Part shown: positions 1 to 9,346 of the stretch, piece after piece
How positions within the stretch are numbered: the stretch's first letter is position 1
Layout: each line of letters begins with the position of its first letter
Assembly (NCBI GenBank): GCA_963707915.1
Contig: OY970178.1
Location: forward strand, 3,136,001-3,200,000
Direction of reading: 5' to 3'
Origin: Candidatus Eiseniibacteriota bacterium
GTDB taxonomy: Bacteria; Eisenbacteria; RBG-16-71-46
Length of the DNA stretch: 64,000 nucleotides
Translations under genes and position numbers: made by a program
The notes under the pieces: model-generated
What the model was told of the DNA's origin: nothing
Database searches by the model: none
The model's input: the letters and a program-made list of their open reading frames with translations, nothing else

Positions 1-2
1 CG

Positions 3-245
3 GCGGCCTGCGGGCTCTCGCCCGAGGGCGTGGATTTCGAGTCGGAGGACGGCCAGCCGACCCACCTGTTCGTGCTGCTGGTCTCGCCCGAGAACGCCAC
101 CACGCCGCACGTGCGGCTGCTCGCGAACATCTCGCGCCTGCTCAAGGACGACGCCGTGCGCAAGGGCCTGCTCGAGGCGCGCAGCCCGGAGGAGTTCCTG
201 GCGGTGATCCGGGGCGGCGAGAGCCCGTCCATCCCGCAGGGCTGA
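3..245 (+). CDS. PTS sugar transporter subunit IIA (PtsN/fructose-type EIIA), 5'-truncated by window edge
   Basis: GLSPEGVDFESEDGQPTHLFVLLVSP...HVRLLANISRLL matches the PTS EIIA_2 C-terminal pattern; frame is open to the window start. Confidence 0.85.
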   Translation, partial: AACGLSPEGVDFESEDGQPTHLFVLLVSPENATTPHVRLLANISRLLKDDAVRKGLLEARSPEEFLAVIRGGESPSIPQG

Positions 246-270
246 CACCCGGCCGGCGCCACCGGCCGCG

Positions 271-936
271 ATGGGGGACACGGTGCACTTCCTCGACGCC
301 TGGGCGGCGCTGCCGCTCCCCGAGCTCCTGCGCTTCGCCGTCCCGGCCGCGCTGCTGCTGGTCGCGGTGCTGGCGCCCGGCCGCGTGCCGGCGCGGCTCA
401 CCGCGCTGGGGCTGGCGGCCGCGATCCCGTTCCTGCCCGGGTCGGGTGGTTCGGCGTGGGTCACGGCGGGCTGGGTGCTCCTCTGGCTGGCGATCGCCTG
501 GCGGGCGGGGCGGCCCTCGTGGCGGGCGGGGCGCTCCGGCGCGCGGCTGGGGGGGATCGAGTCCGGCACCGTGGGGCTGCTGCTCGGGGCGTCGTCGCTC
601 GCCTTGCTGCTCGCCGGCGTGGCCCGGCTCGACCTCGACGCCGCCGCGACGCGGCAGTGCTCCTTCGGCGTGCTGCTGGTCAGCCTGGGCTTCCTGCACC
701 TCATGCTGCGCCGCCACGCCGTGCGGGCCGCCACCGCCTTCGCCGCGATGGGGCTCGGCCTGCAGCTCCTGCAGGCCGCGGTGCGGGTGGTGGCGACGGC
801 CGGCAGCGCGCCCCCCGAGGGACTGCCGCTGGCCGCCAGCGCGCTGGCGGTGGCGCTGACGGTGCGCGTCGGCGCGGCGCGCCTGGCGACGGCCGGCTCT
901 CCGTGGGTGAGCGAAGCCCACGACCTGCATGACTGA
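271..936 (+). CDS. Membrane protein, diverged HyfE/NuoK(MrpC)-like subunit
   Basis: 221 aa, multi-TM; C-terminal GVLLVSLGFLHLMLRRHAVRAATAFAAMGLGLQLL resembles the NuoK/MrpC TM1-RRN-TM2 layout; adjacent to NuoL/N-like genes. Confidence 0.5.
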   Translation: MGDTVHFLDAWAALPLPELLRFAVPAALLLVAVLAPGRVPARLTALGLAAAIPFLPGSGGSAWVTAGWVLLWLAIAWRAGRPSWRAGRSGARLGGIESGTVGLLLGASSLALLLAGVARLDLDAAATRQCSFGVLLVSLGFLHLMLRRHAVRAATAFAAMGLGLQLLQAAVRVVATAGSAPPEGLPLAASALAVALTVRVGAARLATAGSPWVSEAHDLHD

Positions 937-939
937 GCC

Positions 940-2274
940 ATGCGCCTCCTGAGCCACCTGTTCCCCGGTCCCCGCACCGCGGGCGGCCTGCTGTGCACGG
1001 CGGGCCTCGTGCTGGCCGTCCTGCCCGCGCGCTTCGCGCCGGCGCTCGGGATCGAGCTGCTCGCGGGCGGATTCTGGTGGTGGGCCCGCGCCAGTGACGA
1101 GCCCGCCTTCCAGGTCCCGCGCTGGCGCTGGCTGCGCCGGCCCGCGACCGCGCTGTGGCTGGCGGCCGCCATCGAGATGGCGCTGCCCGGGGCGGCCGGC
1201 GGTTTCGTGGTGCCGCCCGCCACGCTCGCGTTCTGGTCGCGGGTCGAGGCCATCGCGATCGTCTGGGCCGCGCTCGAGTTGCTGGCCGCGCTCCCGCTGG
1301 CGCGGCCGTTCTCGGACCTGCCGGGCCCGCTGGTCGGCACCGGCGCGTGGTTGCCGGCCCTGCTCCCCGCGGCCGGGTTCCTGCTGCTCTGGCGGTTGGC
1401 GCCGCGCTGGCTCGACGTGGACGAGGTGCGTGACGCGGCCGCCGCGCTGCTGTTGCTCACCGCGGGGCTGGCGGCGCTGCGGGCCTACGGGCGCCGGCGC
1501 TGGACCGCCGGGCTGCGCTGGCTGGTCGTGTTCGACGGCGCACTGGCCGGCGTGCTGCTGGCGAGCGGCGCGGTGCCGCCGTGGATCGCGGGCGTGCTGT
1601 GGGCCGGCGCCTGCGGCACCCACGCCCACCTGCTGGCCGGCGAGCTCGGCGGAGCGAGCGCACGTCGCGGCCCGGTGATGGCGATGTCGTGGCGCATGAC
1701 CTCGTGGATCTCGACCGCCGCGCTGGGCTGGCCGCTGCTCGCCGCCGCGGGCGGGCTGAGCGCGCGCCGCGCCGCGCTCGTGCTGGTCTGCGGGGGCGTC
1801 CCGGTCGCGCTCGCCTCGTGGGTGAACGTGGCCCGCCTGGTCGAGGCCCCCGAGCGCCGCTCGCTCGCCCGGCCGGTGTCGTGGTTCACCCCCACCCGCG
1901 TCGCCCCGGTCGTGCTGCTGGGCGGCGTGCCGCTGGCGCTGGTGAGTGCGTGGTGGGTGGGCTTCGCGCCGCGGCCGCTGTACGCGCTGCTCGCGCTGCT
2001 GCCCGCGGCACTGGGCGGGGCGCTCGGCCTGCTCGCCCTGCACGGCGCGGCGAGCGCCCGCGAGGCGCGCGCCGACCGGGTCGCCCAGCACGCCGCGCGC
2101 CGCCTGTTCCGCCTGGTGATCGGCCTCGAGCGCGCGCTGGTCGCGGGGGCGGGGCGCCTGGTGCGGGTGCTCGCCACCCCGCTGCGCGACCTGCACACCG
2201 GCGACGCCCAGGAGTACGTGCTGTTCCTGGTCGGCGTGGCCGTGCTCGCCATCCTGCTGCCGCTGATGCGATGA
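940..2274 (+). CDS. Membrane protein, diverged NuoL/MrpA/HyfB-like
   Basis: 444 aa hydrophobic; C-terminal LRDLHTGDAQEYVLFLVG resembles the NuoL RxxQTGxxxxY tail; ATGA overlap with next gene. Confidence 0.5.
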   Translation: MRLLSHLFPGPRTAGGLLCTAGLVLAVLPARFAPALGIELLAGGFWWWARASDEPAFQVPRWRWLRRPATALWLAAAIEMALPGAAGGFVVPPATLAFWSRVEAIAIVWAALELLAALPLARPFSDLPGPLVGTGAWLPALLPAAGFLLLWRLAPRWLDVDEVRDAAAALLLLTAGLAALRAYGRRRWTAGLRWLVVFDGALAGVLLASGAVPPWIAGVLWAGACGTHAHLLAGELGGASARRGPVMAMSWRMTSWISTAALGWPLLAAAGGLSARRAALVLVCGGVPVALASWVNVARLVEAPERRSLARPVSWFTPTRVAPVVLLGGVPLALVSAWWVGFAPRPLYALLALLPAALGGALGLLALHGAASAREARADRVAQHAARRLFRLVIGLERALVAGAGRLVRVLATPLRDLHTGDAQEYVLFLVGVAVLAILLPLMR

Positions 2275-3479
2275 GCGCGACCGCCCTGCTCGCCCGCCCC
2301 GCCCTGCCGGTGGCGCTCGCACTGGTCGCGGCCCTGCTGCTGGTCGCGTCGCAGCGCCGGCAGCGCCCGCTCTCCGGCTCGCTCGGCCTGCTGCTCGCGC
2401 TGGTGCCCTGTGCGCTGGTGCTCGCGCGGCTCGACGCGGCCGGCTGGATCATGGCCCCGCTGGTGGCCGCGCTCACCATCGCCGCGCTCGCCCGCGAGCG
2501 TCCCGACCCGCTGCCCGGCGAATGCGCGCTCAAGCTGGTCTGGGTGCTGGGGGGCGCCTTCGCCCTCACCGCGGTGGGGCTCGCGCTGCTGGCGCTCGCC
2601 ACCGGCGTGACCGCGCCGCGCGAGCAGTGGAGCGTGCTGCAACTCGGCCTCTCGCAGCGCATCGTCTGGGCGGTGGCGCTGCCGCTGGTGCTGCTCGCCG
2701 GCGTGGTGCTGCTGGGCGGGGCGCCCTTCCACTTCTGGGTGGCCGACCTGTTCCAGGGCGCCTCCGCCGCGCTGGTGCCGCTGGCGGTCGCGACCCTGCA
2801 GGGGCTGGGGGCGATGTGGCTGGTGCGGTGCCTCGCCGGGATCGAGGCGTTCGCGGACGGCGCCGCGCTGGCGGGGACGCTGCTGCGCACCGCCGCGGTC
2901 GCCGCGCTGCTCGCCGGCGCCGGCACGCTGCTCTTGCAGCGCCGGCCGGAGCGGCGGGTGGGCACGCTCGCGAGCCTGCAGGGCGGTCTCGCGCTGGCCG
3001 CGCTGGCCATCACCGCGGGGCGCGGCCCGCTGGACGCGATGGTCGCTGCCTGGCTGGTGCCCTGGGCCGCGCACCTGGCGCTGGCGCTCTCGGGCGCGGC
3101 GCTGCTCGCGCGCCTCACGCCCGCCGACCCGGCCGCGGGCGCGCCCGGCGGCCACCTGTTCCGCCGCCACCCGCTGAGCGCGTTCGCCGGGCTCTACGCG
3201 CTGTTCTCGCTGGCCGGCGTGCCGGGCACGCCCGGCGCCGCGCTCTGGCTCGAGATCGCGCGCGGGCTCGCGGCCGGCGGCCGCAGCGGACTGCTCGTCG
3301 CGCTCGCGCTCGGCTGGCTCGCGGCCTTCACCACCGCGATGCAGGCGCTGCGCGACGGGTTCGGCGCGCCCACCGCGGTGCGGCCGGAGCGCCGCGTGCC
3401 GGTGCCGGTGCGGGCCGCGCTGTGGGCGAGCGGCGCGGGGCTCGCGGCGCTGGGCGCGGCGCGGGCGCTGCTGCGATAG
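2271..3479 (+). CDS. Proton-conducting transporter-like membrane subunit (NuoN/MrpD-like, diverged)
   Basis: ATG 2271 overlaps previous stop; motifs GGAPFHFWVADLFQGA and FSLAGVPGTPG match NuoN PFHxW and SLAGxPP. Confidence 0.7.
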   Translation: MSATALLARPALPVALALVAALLLVASQRRQRPLSGSLGLLLALVPCALVLARLDAAGWIMAPLVAALTIAALARERPDPLPGECALKLVWVLGGAFALTAVGLALLALATGVTAPREQWSVLQLGLSQRIVWAVALPLVLLAGVVLLGGAPFHFWVADLFQGASAALVPLAVATLQGLGAMWLVRCLAGIEAFADGAALAGTLLRTAAVAALLAGAGTLLLQRRPERRVGTLASLQGGLALAALAITAGRGPLDAMVAAWLVPWAAHLALALSGAALLARLTPADPAAGAPGGHLFRRHPLSAFAGLYALFSLAGVPGTPGAALWLEIARGLAAGGRSGLLVALALGWLAAFTTAMQALRDGFGAPTAVRPERRVPVPVRAALWASGAGLAALGAARALLR

Positions 3480-3676
3480 CCCGGGCCGGGGGAATGGGGG
3501 CTCCCCCGCGGGCGCAGGGCGAAGCGCCCCGGGAGCGCCGCGGCCGGGGGGCGCTCTGCCGCGTTCAGCGTGGCCATGCGGCATCCGGTCACATCGTGGC
3601 TGTGCCTGTCGGCTCGCTGCCGCAGGATCCCCGCAGGCGGAGGTCGGAGGGGCCGGCCGCCGGAACAGGAGGACGG

Positions 3677-4225
3677 ATGGACAGGAAGGCATTCCTCATG
3701 GGCATGTGCGGGCTGGGTGCCTGCAGTTGTGTCGCGGGTCTGCTGGACGCGCCGGCCGCGCGGGCGGCCGAAACGGCGGAGGTCCCGGATCAGCGGCTGG
3801 TGTTCGCGCGCTACCAGGTGGCCCATCTGGTCCGCTTCATGGCGGCGGGGCCCGCGGTGCCCGCCTGCACGGACGCCGTCGAGCGGACCGGCCGCGAGTG
3901 CGCGAAGCTCGGCGGACTCGGCGCGAAGTTCAAGGGCGACCCGCAGGGGTACTTCGAGACCGCCCGCAAGGCGTGGGGCACCGACTTCCAGTGGGACAAG
4001 GCGAAGGGCATCGTCACGGTCGCGGTCGCCGAAGGCCCGTGCGGCTGCCCGCTCGTCGACGTCAAGCGCACGCCGGCCTTCTGGTGCAACTGCTCGGTCG
4101 GCTACCAGAAGGAGATGTTCTCGGCGGTGTTCGACCGGCCGGTGCAGGCGACGCTCAAGGAGTCGAAGCTGGCGGGCGCGAAGCGCTGCGTGTTCGAGGT
4201 CCAGGTGGGTCCGTCGGCGGGATGA
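3677..4225 (+). CDS. Exported Cys-rich protein (V4R/DUF6144-like putative metal-binding fold)
   Basis: AGGAGG RBS at 3667; MDRKAFL Tat-like leader; CGCPLV, FWCNCSVGY and RCVF motifs. Confidence 0.6.
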   Translation: MDRKAFLMGMCGLGACSCVAGLLDAPAARAAETAEVPDQRLVFARYQVAHLVRFMAAGPAVPACTDAVERTGRECAKLGGLGAKFKGDPQGYFETARKAWGTDFQWDKAKGIVTVAVAEGPCGCPLVDVKRTPAFWCNCSVGYQKEMFSAVFDRPVQATLKESKLAGAKRCVFEVQVGPSAG

Positions 4226-4268
4226 GACCGGGAACGCGTCGCCGCACCGGTCGTCGCGCTCCTCTTCT

Positions 4269-4967
4269 TCACCGGGGGGGCGACTCCTTCGACCCGGTGA
4301 GTGACTTGCTCAGGACGACGTGCAGGGCGAGGTCCGAGGAGGCGCGCTCCGTGCACCGGTAGCCGAGGCCCGCCGTATCGATGCCGGCGAGCAGGTGCTC
4401 GCCGCGCCCGAGGAGCACCGGGGACATCACGAGATGCATCTCGTCGATCAGCCCCGCGGTGAGGTACTGGCGGACGGTGGCGACGCCACCACCGAGACGG
4501 ACATCCTTGCCGTGCGCCGACTCCTTCGCGCGCTGCAGCGCGGCCTGGATGCCCTCGGTCACGAAGTGGAAGGTCGTCCCGCCCTGCATGACGATGGGCG
4601 CGCGGGCGTGGTGCGTGAGCACGAACACGGGGACGTGGTAGGGCGGGTCGTCCCCCCACCATCCCTTCCAGTCGTCGCCGGCCCAGGGGCCCCGCATCGG
4701 CCCGAACATGTTCCGGCCGAGGATCCAGGCGCCGACGTTCTCGAAACCGCGCGCGGCGAACGCGTCGTCGACGTCCTCCCGGCCGACCGGGTCGCGGATC
4801 AGCGGCCCGGCGAACCCGGCGTGCATCTTCTGGAAGGTCTTCGTGCCGAAGACCCACTCGTGGAGCGCCATCCCTCCGACGCCCATCGGATCGGCGAGGG
4901 CCTGGTCAGGACCGGCGCCGAAACCATCGATCGAGATCGAGAAAGCGTTCACCCGGAGCCTGGACAC
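4269..4967 (-). CDS. Dihydrofolate reductase family protein (RibD C-terminal domain)
   Basis: FSISIDGFGAGP, ILGRNMF, PVFVLTHH, GKDVRLGGG and GLIDEMHL motifs. Confidence 0.9.
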   Translation of the reverse strand: MSRLRVNAFSISIDGFGAGPDQALADPMGVGGMALHEWVFGTKTFQKMHAGFAGPLIRDPVGREDVDDAFAARGFENVGAWILGRNMFGPMRGPWAGDDWKGWWGDDPPYHVPVFVLTHHARAPIVMQGGTTFHFVTEGIQAALQRAKESAHGKDVRLGGGVATVRQYLTAGLIDEMHLVMSPVLLGRGEHLLAGIDTAGLGYRCTERASSDLALHVVLSKSLTGSKESPPR

Positions 4968-5072
4968 GGCGTGGATCCTCCCCGGCCTGGGTTTCGCCTG
5001 CGCCCCGCCCTTCCGGCGTGGCCCACGGCTTTCGATGCATCGGCCCCGGCCGCGGTTGCAGTTCTCCCGCCT

Positions 5073-6683
5073 TCAGGGTCCGAGCTTCTCGATGGCCGAT
5101 GTCGCCACCCAGAACACCTGGTTCCCGTTCTGGGTCGAATGGCGGTTGTAGAAGAGGTACTTCCCGTCGGGCGACAGATGGGCGCCGTACTCGTCGTCCG
5201 GGCCGTTGAACGCGTCGCCGAGGTTGACCGGCGTCGTCCAACCACCGTGCCCGTCGGTGAAGCTCGCGTACAAGTCGGTCCCGCCGTGCCCGCCGATGCG
5301 GCCCGAGTAGAAGACGAGGAAGTGCCCGTCGGGCGCGATGCACGGGTCGCCCTCGTAGGACTGCGCGTTGATGGGGGCGTCGAGCTTCTTCACCACCATC
5401 GCGCCGGAGGCGTCCCGATACGCCTTGTAGATCTGGTTGGCCAGCCCGGCAGGAGCCCGGCCGAAGTAGCGCGTGCCGTCGGTCATGACGCTGCTGCGGA
5501 CCTCGCGCTGCTCGCTGTTCACGGGGGGTGGCAGCGGCGCCGGCGGGCCCCAGCCCTTGTCCAGCCAGCTCACCTGCCAGAGATCGGGGGCGCCCTGCTT
5601 GATCGCGGTGAACGTGACGGTCCGGCCGTCCGCCGAGAAGACCGGCTCGCCGGTGAAGGCGAAGTCCGCGGCGAAGGGAACCTCCTGGAAGGCGCTCCAG
5701 GTGCCGCGCACGCACTCCGAGGAATACAGGCGGGAGTTCGAGTAGTCGGACGCGCCGACCGCCACCAGGCAGCGCCTGCCGTCGGGCGAGAACGAGATGT
5801 CCTCGACCCAGCGGCTCAGGCTGTCGAGGATCTCCGGGGCGAAGCGCACCGGCCGGTCCCCGGGGCGGGCCGCGCCGAAGTAGACGCCGCGGAGCGGGGC
5901 CGGCAACGGATGGATGACCGGAGGCTCGGTCGGGCTCGGGGCCGCGCTGGTGGGCGTGCCCGGATGATCGGAGAAGTACGCCGTCAGCGCGGCGATCGCC
6001 TCGGTGCGCAGGGGCATGACGATCTCGAGGTTCATGGCGGCGCTCAGCAGTCCGGTGGCCATCTCCTGCGTGAGCCGCCCGTCCGTCACCGCGGGATCGA
6101 GGCCCGCCTCGATGCCGGCGACCAGTTGTGCGGGCGTCGTCGCCTGGAGGTTGCCCTTCACGAGCTGCAGCGTGCCCTGCACGTCGGCGTGGGGGAGCGA
6201 GGCGAGGCGCTCGTCGAAGCGCTTGCGGAAGGCGGCGCGGAGGTCGTTCCCCGGTTCCGCGCTGGCCTCCAGGTAGGTGCCGGTGATCAGGCCCGTCAGG
6301 ACCCGGCCGACCGGGTTCTGGTTGAGATTGCGCACGCGCTCGATGCAGCCCACGGCGCCGTCGTGGTCCCGCTTCAGCAGGGCGACCGCGAGCAACGTGG
6401 TGTAGCTGCGCTGGATCAGGGAGCTGTCCGCGATGGCCGAGGCGGCGAGGTCCGCCCTGAGGTCCTTCTCCACCTGCAGGGCGAGCGCGAGCACCGCCGC
6501 ATGGTTCTGCAGCACCTCGCTCGGCTTGCCCTGGATCGTATACGCATGGGCGGGCAGGGTCGCGGGCGTGTTCTCGGCGGCCCGGGCCGGCGTCGCGGCC
6601 GGTCGGAGGCCGACGCCTGCCGTCACCGCGAGCACCGCGCAGATCAGAGCCGCCCGGCGTGTGAACGATCTTCCTTCCTTCAT
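5073..6683 (-). CDS. Secreted protein with helical N-domain and C-terminal PD40/TolB-like beta-propeller
   Basis: Signal peptide ending ARA; repeated FSPDG, FSADG, IAPDG, LSPDGKYLFY; start uncertain (6683 or 6704). Confidence 0.75.
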   Translation of the reverse strand: MKEGRSFTRRAALICAVLAVTAGVGLRPAATPARAAENTPATLPAHAYTIQGKPSEVLQNHAAVLALALQVEKDLRADLAASAIADSSLIQRSYTTLLAVALLKRDHDGAVGCIERVRNLNQNPVGRVLTGLITGTYLEASAEPGNDLRAAFRKRFDERLASLPHADVQGTLQLVKGNLQATTPAQLVAGIEAGLDPAVTDGRLTQEMATGLLSAAMNLEIVMPLRTEAIAALTAYFSDHPGTPTSAAPSPTEPPVIHPLPAPLRGVYFGAARPGDRPVRFAPEILDSLSRWVEDISFSPDGRRCLVAVGASDYSNSRLYSSECVRGTWSAFQEVPFAADFAFTGEPVFSADGRTVTFTAIKQGAPDLWQVSWLDKGWGPPAPLPPPVNSEQREVRSSVMTDGTRYFGRAPAGLANQIYKAYRDASGAMVVKKLDAPINAQSYEGDPCIAPDGHFLVFYSGRIGGHGGTDLYASFTDGHGGWTTPVNLGDAFNGPDDEYGAHLSPDGKYLFYNRHSTQNGNQVFWVATSAIEKLGP

Positions 6684-7130
6684 GCCTGAGAGAGCCAAGT
6701 CCATCCTCCTTGTCGGCACGACGATCACCTCGGAGTGAGTGGGGCGGAGCCGATCCACGGGCATCATAGCCCGCGACATCTGCGCGGATCGCGGGGAGCG
6801 AACCGATGGCCCGTCTTCCGGCACGAAACGCACGAATCGCGGCACGAGCGCGGGAGAAGAACTCTCCGGGCGCGAGTCCCCCGGGCGCATTCGCCGCAGG
6901 CGACGGCGGCGAATGCGGGATGGCGGGCGCCGGTGCGCGGTCCGGCGCCGCCCGGCACTGGAGCAGCCCGGTCGCGCCATTGTAGGCTCGGTCGCGTGCC
7001 GAAGGTGATCCGACGCGACTTCCCTCCGCGGGACGTCGCGTGGCGATGCGGCACACGACCGGGACCGACCCTTCCTCGAGCGTCCGCCGGATGGGCGGAG
7101 CGTCGGGGATCATGAAGCGGGAGGGGATGT

Positions 7131-8018
7131 ATGAAGCGCAGTCTCGCGGTTGCCGTGATGGCATTGGTCGAGTTGTCGGTGCTCCAGCCCGCGGCTGCGA
7201 CGTGGGCGGCGCCCTACCTGGGACAGAAGCCTCCGGGCGTCACGCCCCGCATCTTCGCGCCCGGCGTGGTCTCCACCGGCAACCTCCACAGCCGGCTGGC
7301 GATCTCGCCCGATGGCCGCGAGATGTTCTGGAACACCGTGGACACGACGACGTTCTCGACGCAACTGATGACGGTGCGGGAGGTCGGCGGTCGGTGGACG
7401 AAGCCGGAGGCCCCGTCCTTCGCGACCGCGGGTTCCACGCAATCGCCCCGGTTCTCGCCGGACGGCGATCGGCTCTACTTCAACACGCGTGCCGAGCAGG
7501 AATGGACGGCGGCGTTCGTGGAACGGCTCGCGTCGGGGTGGGGGGCGCCGCGTCGCGACGGCGTGATGCTGAGCAGTAGCTCGTCGTTCACGCGGTCGGG
7601 GAAGGTCTACCTGTCGTCGGGGATGGAGACCAAGATCTGGGGCACCGGGATCTTCTCGGCCCGGCTCTCGGCGGACGGCATCACCGACGCCGTGCCGCTG
7701 GACTCGGTGATCAACGTCCCGCACGCCATCGACTACACGCCCTTCGTGTCGCCCGACGAGTCCTTCCTGCTGTTCTCGTCGAACCGCCCGGTGGTCGGCG
7801 AGAAGGAGGACATGCACGTGCTGGCGAGCTTCCGCTCCACCGATGGGACGTGGTCGGTGCCGCGCCGCGTGAGCGAGATCCACGCCAGGTTCCCATCGCT
7901 CTCGCCCGATGGCCGCTATCTGTTCTTCTGCGGCGACGACGGCAACATGTACTGGGTGGACGCGAAGGTCATCGAGACCCTGCGGCCCGCTCGGAGTGCG
8001 GGCGCTACGCGGCGCTGA
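7131..8018 (+). CDS. Secreted PD40/TolB-like beta-propeller protein
   Basis: Signal peptide; YLGQKPPG..P..FAPG.VS N-terminus; four SPDG/SPDE repeats. Confidence 0.85.
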   Translation: MKRSLAVAVMALVELSVLQPAAATWAAPYLGQKPPGVTPRIFAPGVVSTGNLHSRLAISPDGREMFWNTVDTTTFSTQLMTVREVGGRWTKPEAPSFATAGSTQSPRFSPDGDRLYFNTRAEQEWTAAFVERLASGWGAPRRDGVMLSSSSSFTRSGKVYLSSGMETKIWGTGIFSARLSADGITDAVPLDSVINVPHAIDYTPFVSPDESFLLFSSNRPVVGEKEDMHVLASFRSTDGTWSVPRRVSEIHARFPSLSPDGRYLFFCGDDGNMYWVDAKVIETLRPARSAGATRR

Positions 8019-8108
8019 GGCGCACGGGCCCCCGCGCGCCACGTTCGATCCCGGCCAGGGCGGCGCACACGGCCCGGCCGGTCTTGCCTGGGCCGCGGAG
8101 GACGGCGA

Positions 8109-8924
8109 TCAGGAGCCGAAGCGTCGCTGCAGGTCGGCGTACGCGATCGCGCCGTCGAGGAAGCCGAGCGTCCCGGAGTCGAGCAGCTCCCGGCCGGCTC
8201 GCTCCAACAGGCTGAGCGAGGCTCGGGCCAGGCTTCCGCCCAGGCTGACCCGCTTGACGCCGAGCGAGAAGAGCGTGGGCGCGTCGATGGTGTTCGCCAG
8301 CCCGGCCACCACGTTGAGCGGGCCCGGGATGGCCGCGGCGAGCCGGCGGATCGTGTCCTCCTCGACGACGCCGGGCACGAAGACGCAGTCGGCCCCGGCT
8401 TCGACGTACCGGACCGCCCGCTCGACCGTTTCGGCGAACGCATCGCCGGTCGTGCCGGCGAAGTAGGTGTCGGTGCGGGCGTTCAGCACGAAGGTGCCCC
8501 TGGGCGCCGCGGCCCGGGCGGCCGCGAGCCGGTCGACGGCCTCATCGATGCTGAACAGCCCGCCCTTCCCGGAATCCTCGAGGTTGCCGCCCACCGCCCC
8601 GAGCTCCACGGCCCGGGCCACGGTGCGGCCGACGTCCTCCGCGGTGTCGCCGTACCCCGCTTCGAGGTCCGCGGTCACGGGCACGCCCACCGCGGCCACG
8701 ATGCGACCGACCTGCTCGAGCATCGTGTCGCGGTCCAGCGGTCCTCCGTCCGGGACTCCGCAGGACCAGGCGATGCCCGCGCTGGTCGTGGCGATGGCCG
8801 GGAAGCCGACCTGCTCGAGGATGCGGGCGGACCCGGCATCCCAGGCGTTGGGGAGCACGAAGCCGGGACCGGCGTGCAGGGCAAGCAGGGCGGCGGCCTT
8901 GTCGGTCGAAGGTCCGGTGGTCAC
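8109..8924 (-). CDS. Isocitrate lyase/phosphoenolpyruvate mutase family protein
   Basis: LPNAWDAGSA, ATTSAG, PVTADLEAGYG, GGNLED, NARTD and GADCVFVPG motifs; GTG start inferred. Confidence 0.9.
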   Translation of the reverse strand: MTTGPSTDKAAALLALHAGPGFVLPNAWDAGSARILEQVGFPAIATTSAGIAWSCGVPDGGPLDRDTMLEQVGRIVAAVGVPVTADLEAGYGDTAEDVGRTVARAVELGAVGGNLEDSGKGGLFSIDEAVDRLAAARAAAPRGTFVLNARTDTYFAGTTGDAFAETVERAVRYVEAGADCVFVPGVVEEDTIRRLAAAIPGPLNVVAGLANTIDAPTLFSLGVKRVSLGGSLARASLSLLERAGRELLDSGTLGFLDGAIAYADLQRRFGS

Positions 8925-9097
8925 GAGCCCCCCACGTCGATGTCGGTGTACGACATACCGCCGGGGAGCCGGGCGTACCCGCCTCCCCGGCCGAAGCGGA
9001 CCTCGACCGGGGCCGGCCGCGATGCGCGTGCCGCTTCCGTCGCTGCCGCGTCGTCGTCGTTCCAGTCTTCCGCGAGCACACCCCATTGTTGGCGGCA

Positions 9098-9116
9098 GGG
9101 TTGACGTTGTCAACCC
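9098..9116. promoter_or_regulatory. Palindrome GGGTTGAC-gtt-GTCAACCC, candidate operator between divergent genes
   Basis: 8-bp perfect inverted repeat containing TTGAC in an intergenic region. Confidence 0.35.
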
Positions 9117-9346
9117 GGAGTGTCCCCATTCCTCGGACCACCGGTCATGACAGGGGCTTCGGCGTGATGGGGTGGACCTCGGGCTTCATCGCCGCGCGGG
9201 GAACAGGTATCTTCGAAGCGCGGCGCCGCGACCGGGAAGACGCAGCTTCCGGCGCGCGCCGCCCGCATCTGGAACCGACGGGCGTCGCGCGGGATGATCA
9301 CCCGCGTCCCCCGGGGGCATCTGCATCATCTCGTCTGGAGGATGGT

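Noticed and set aside
142..3692. Long antisense or alternate-frame ORFs (e.g. 142-2322, 1485-3692, and many similar across the window)
   Set aside because: Arg/Gly/Pro-rich shadow ORFs expected in very high-GC DNA, overlapping better-supported genes.
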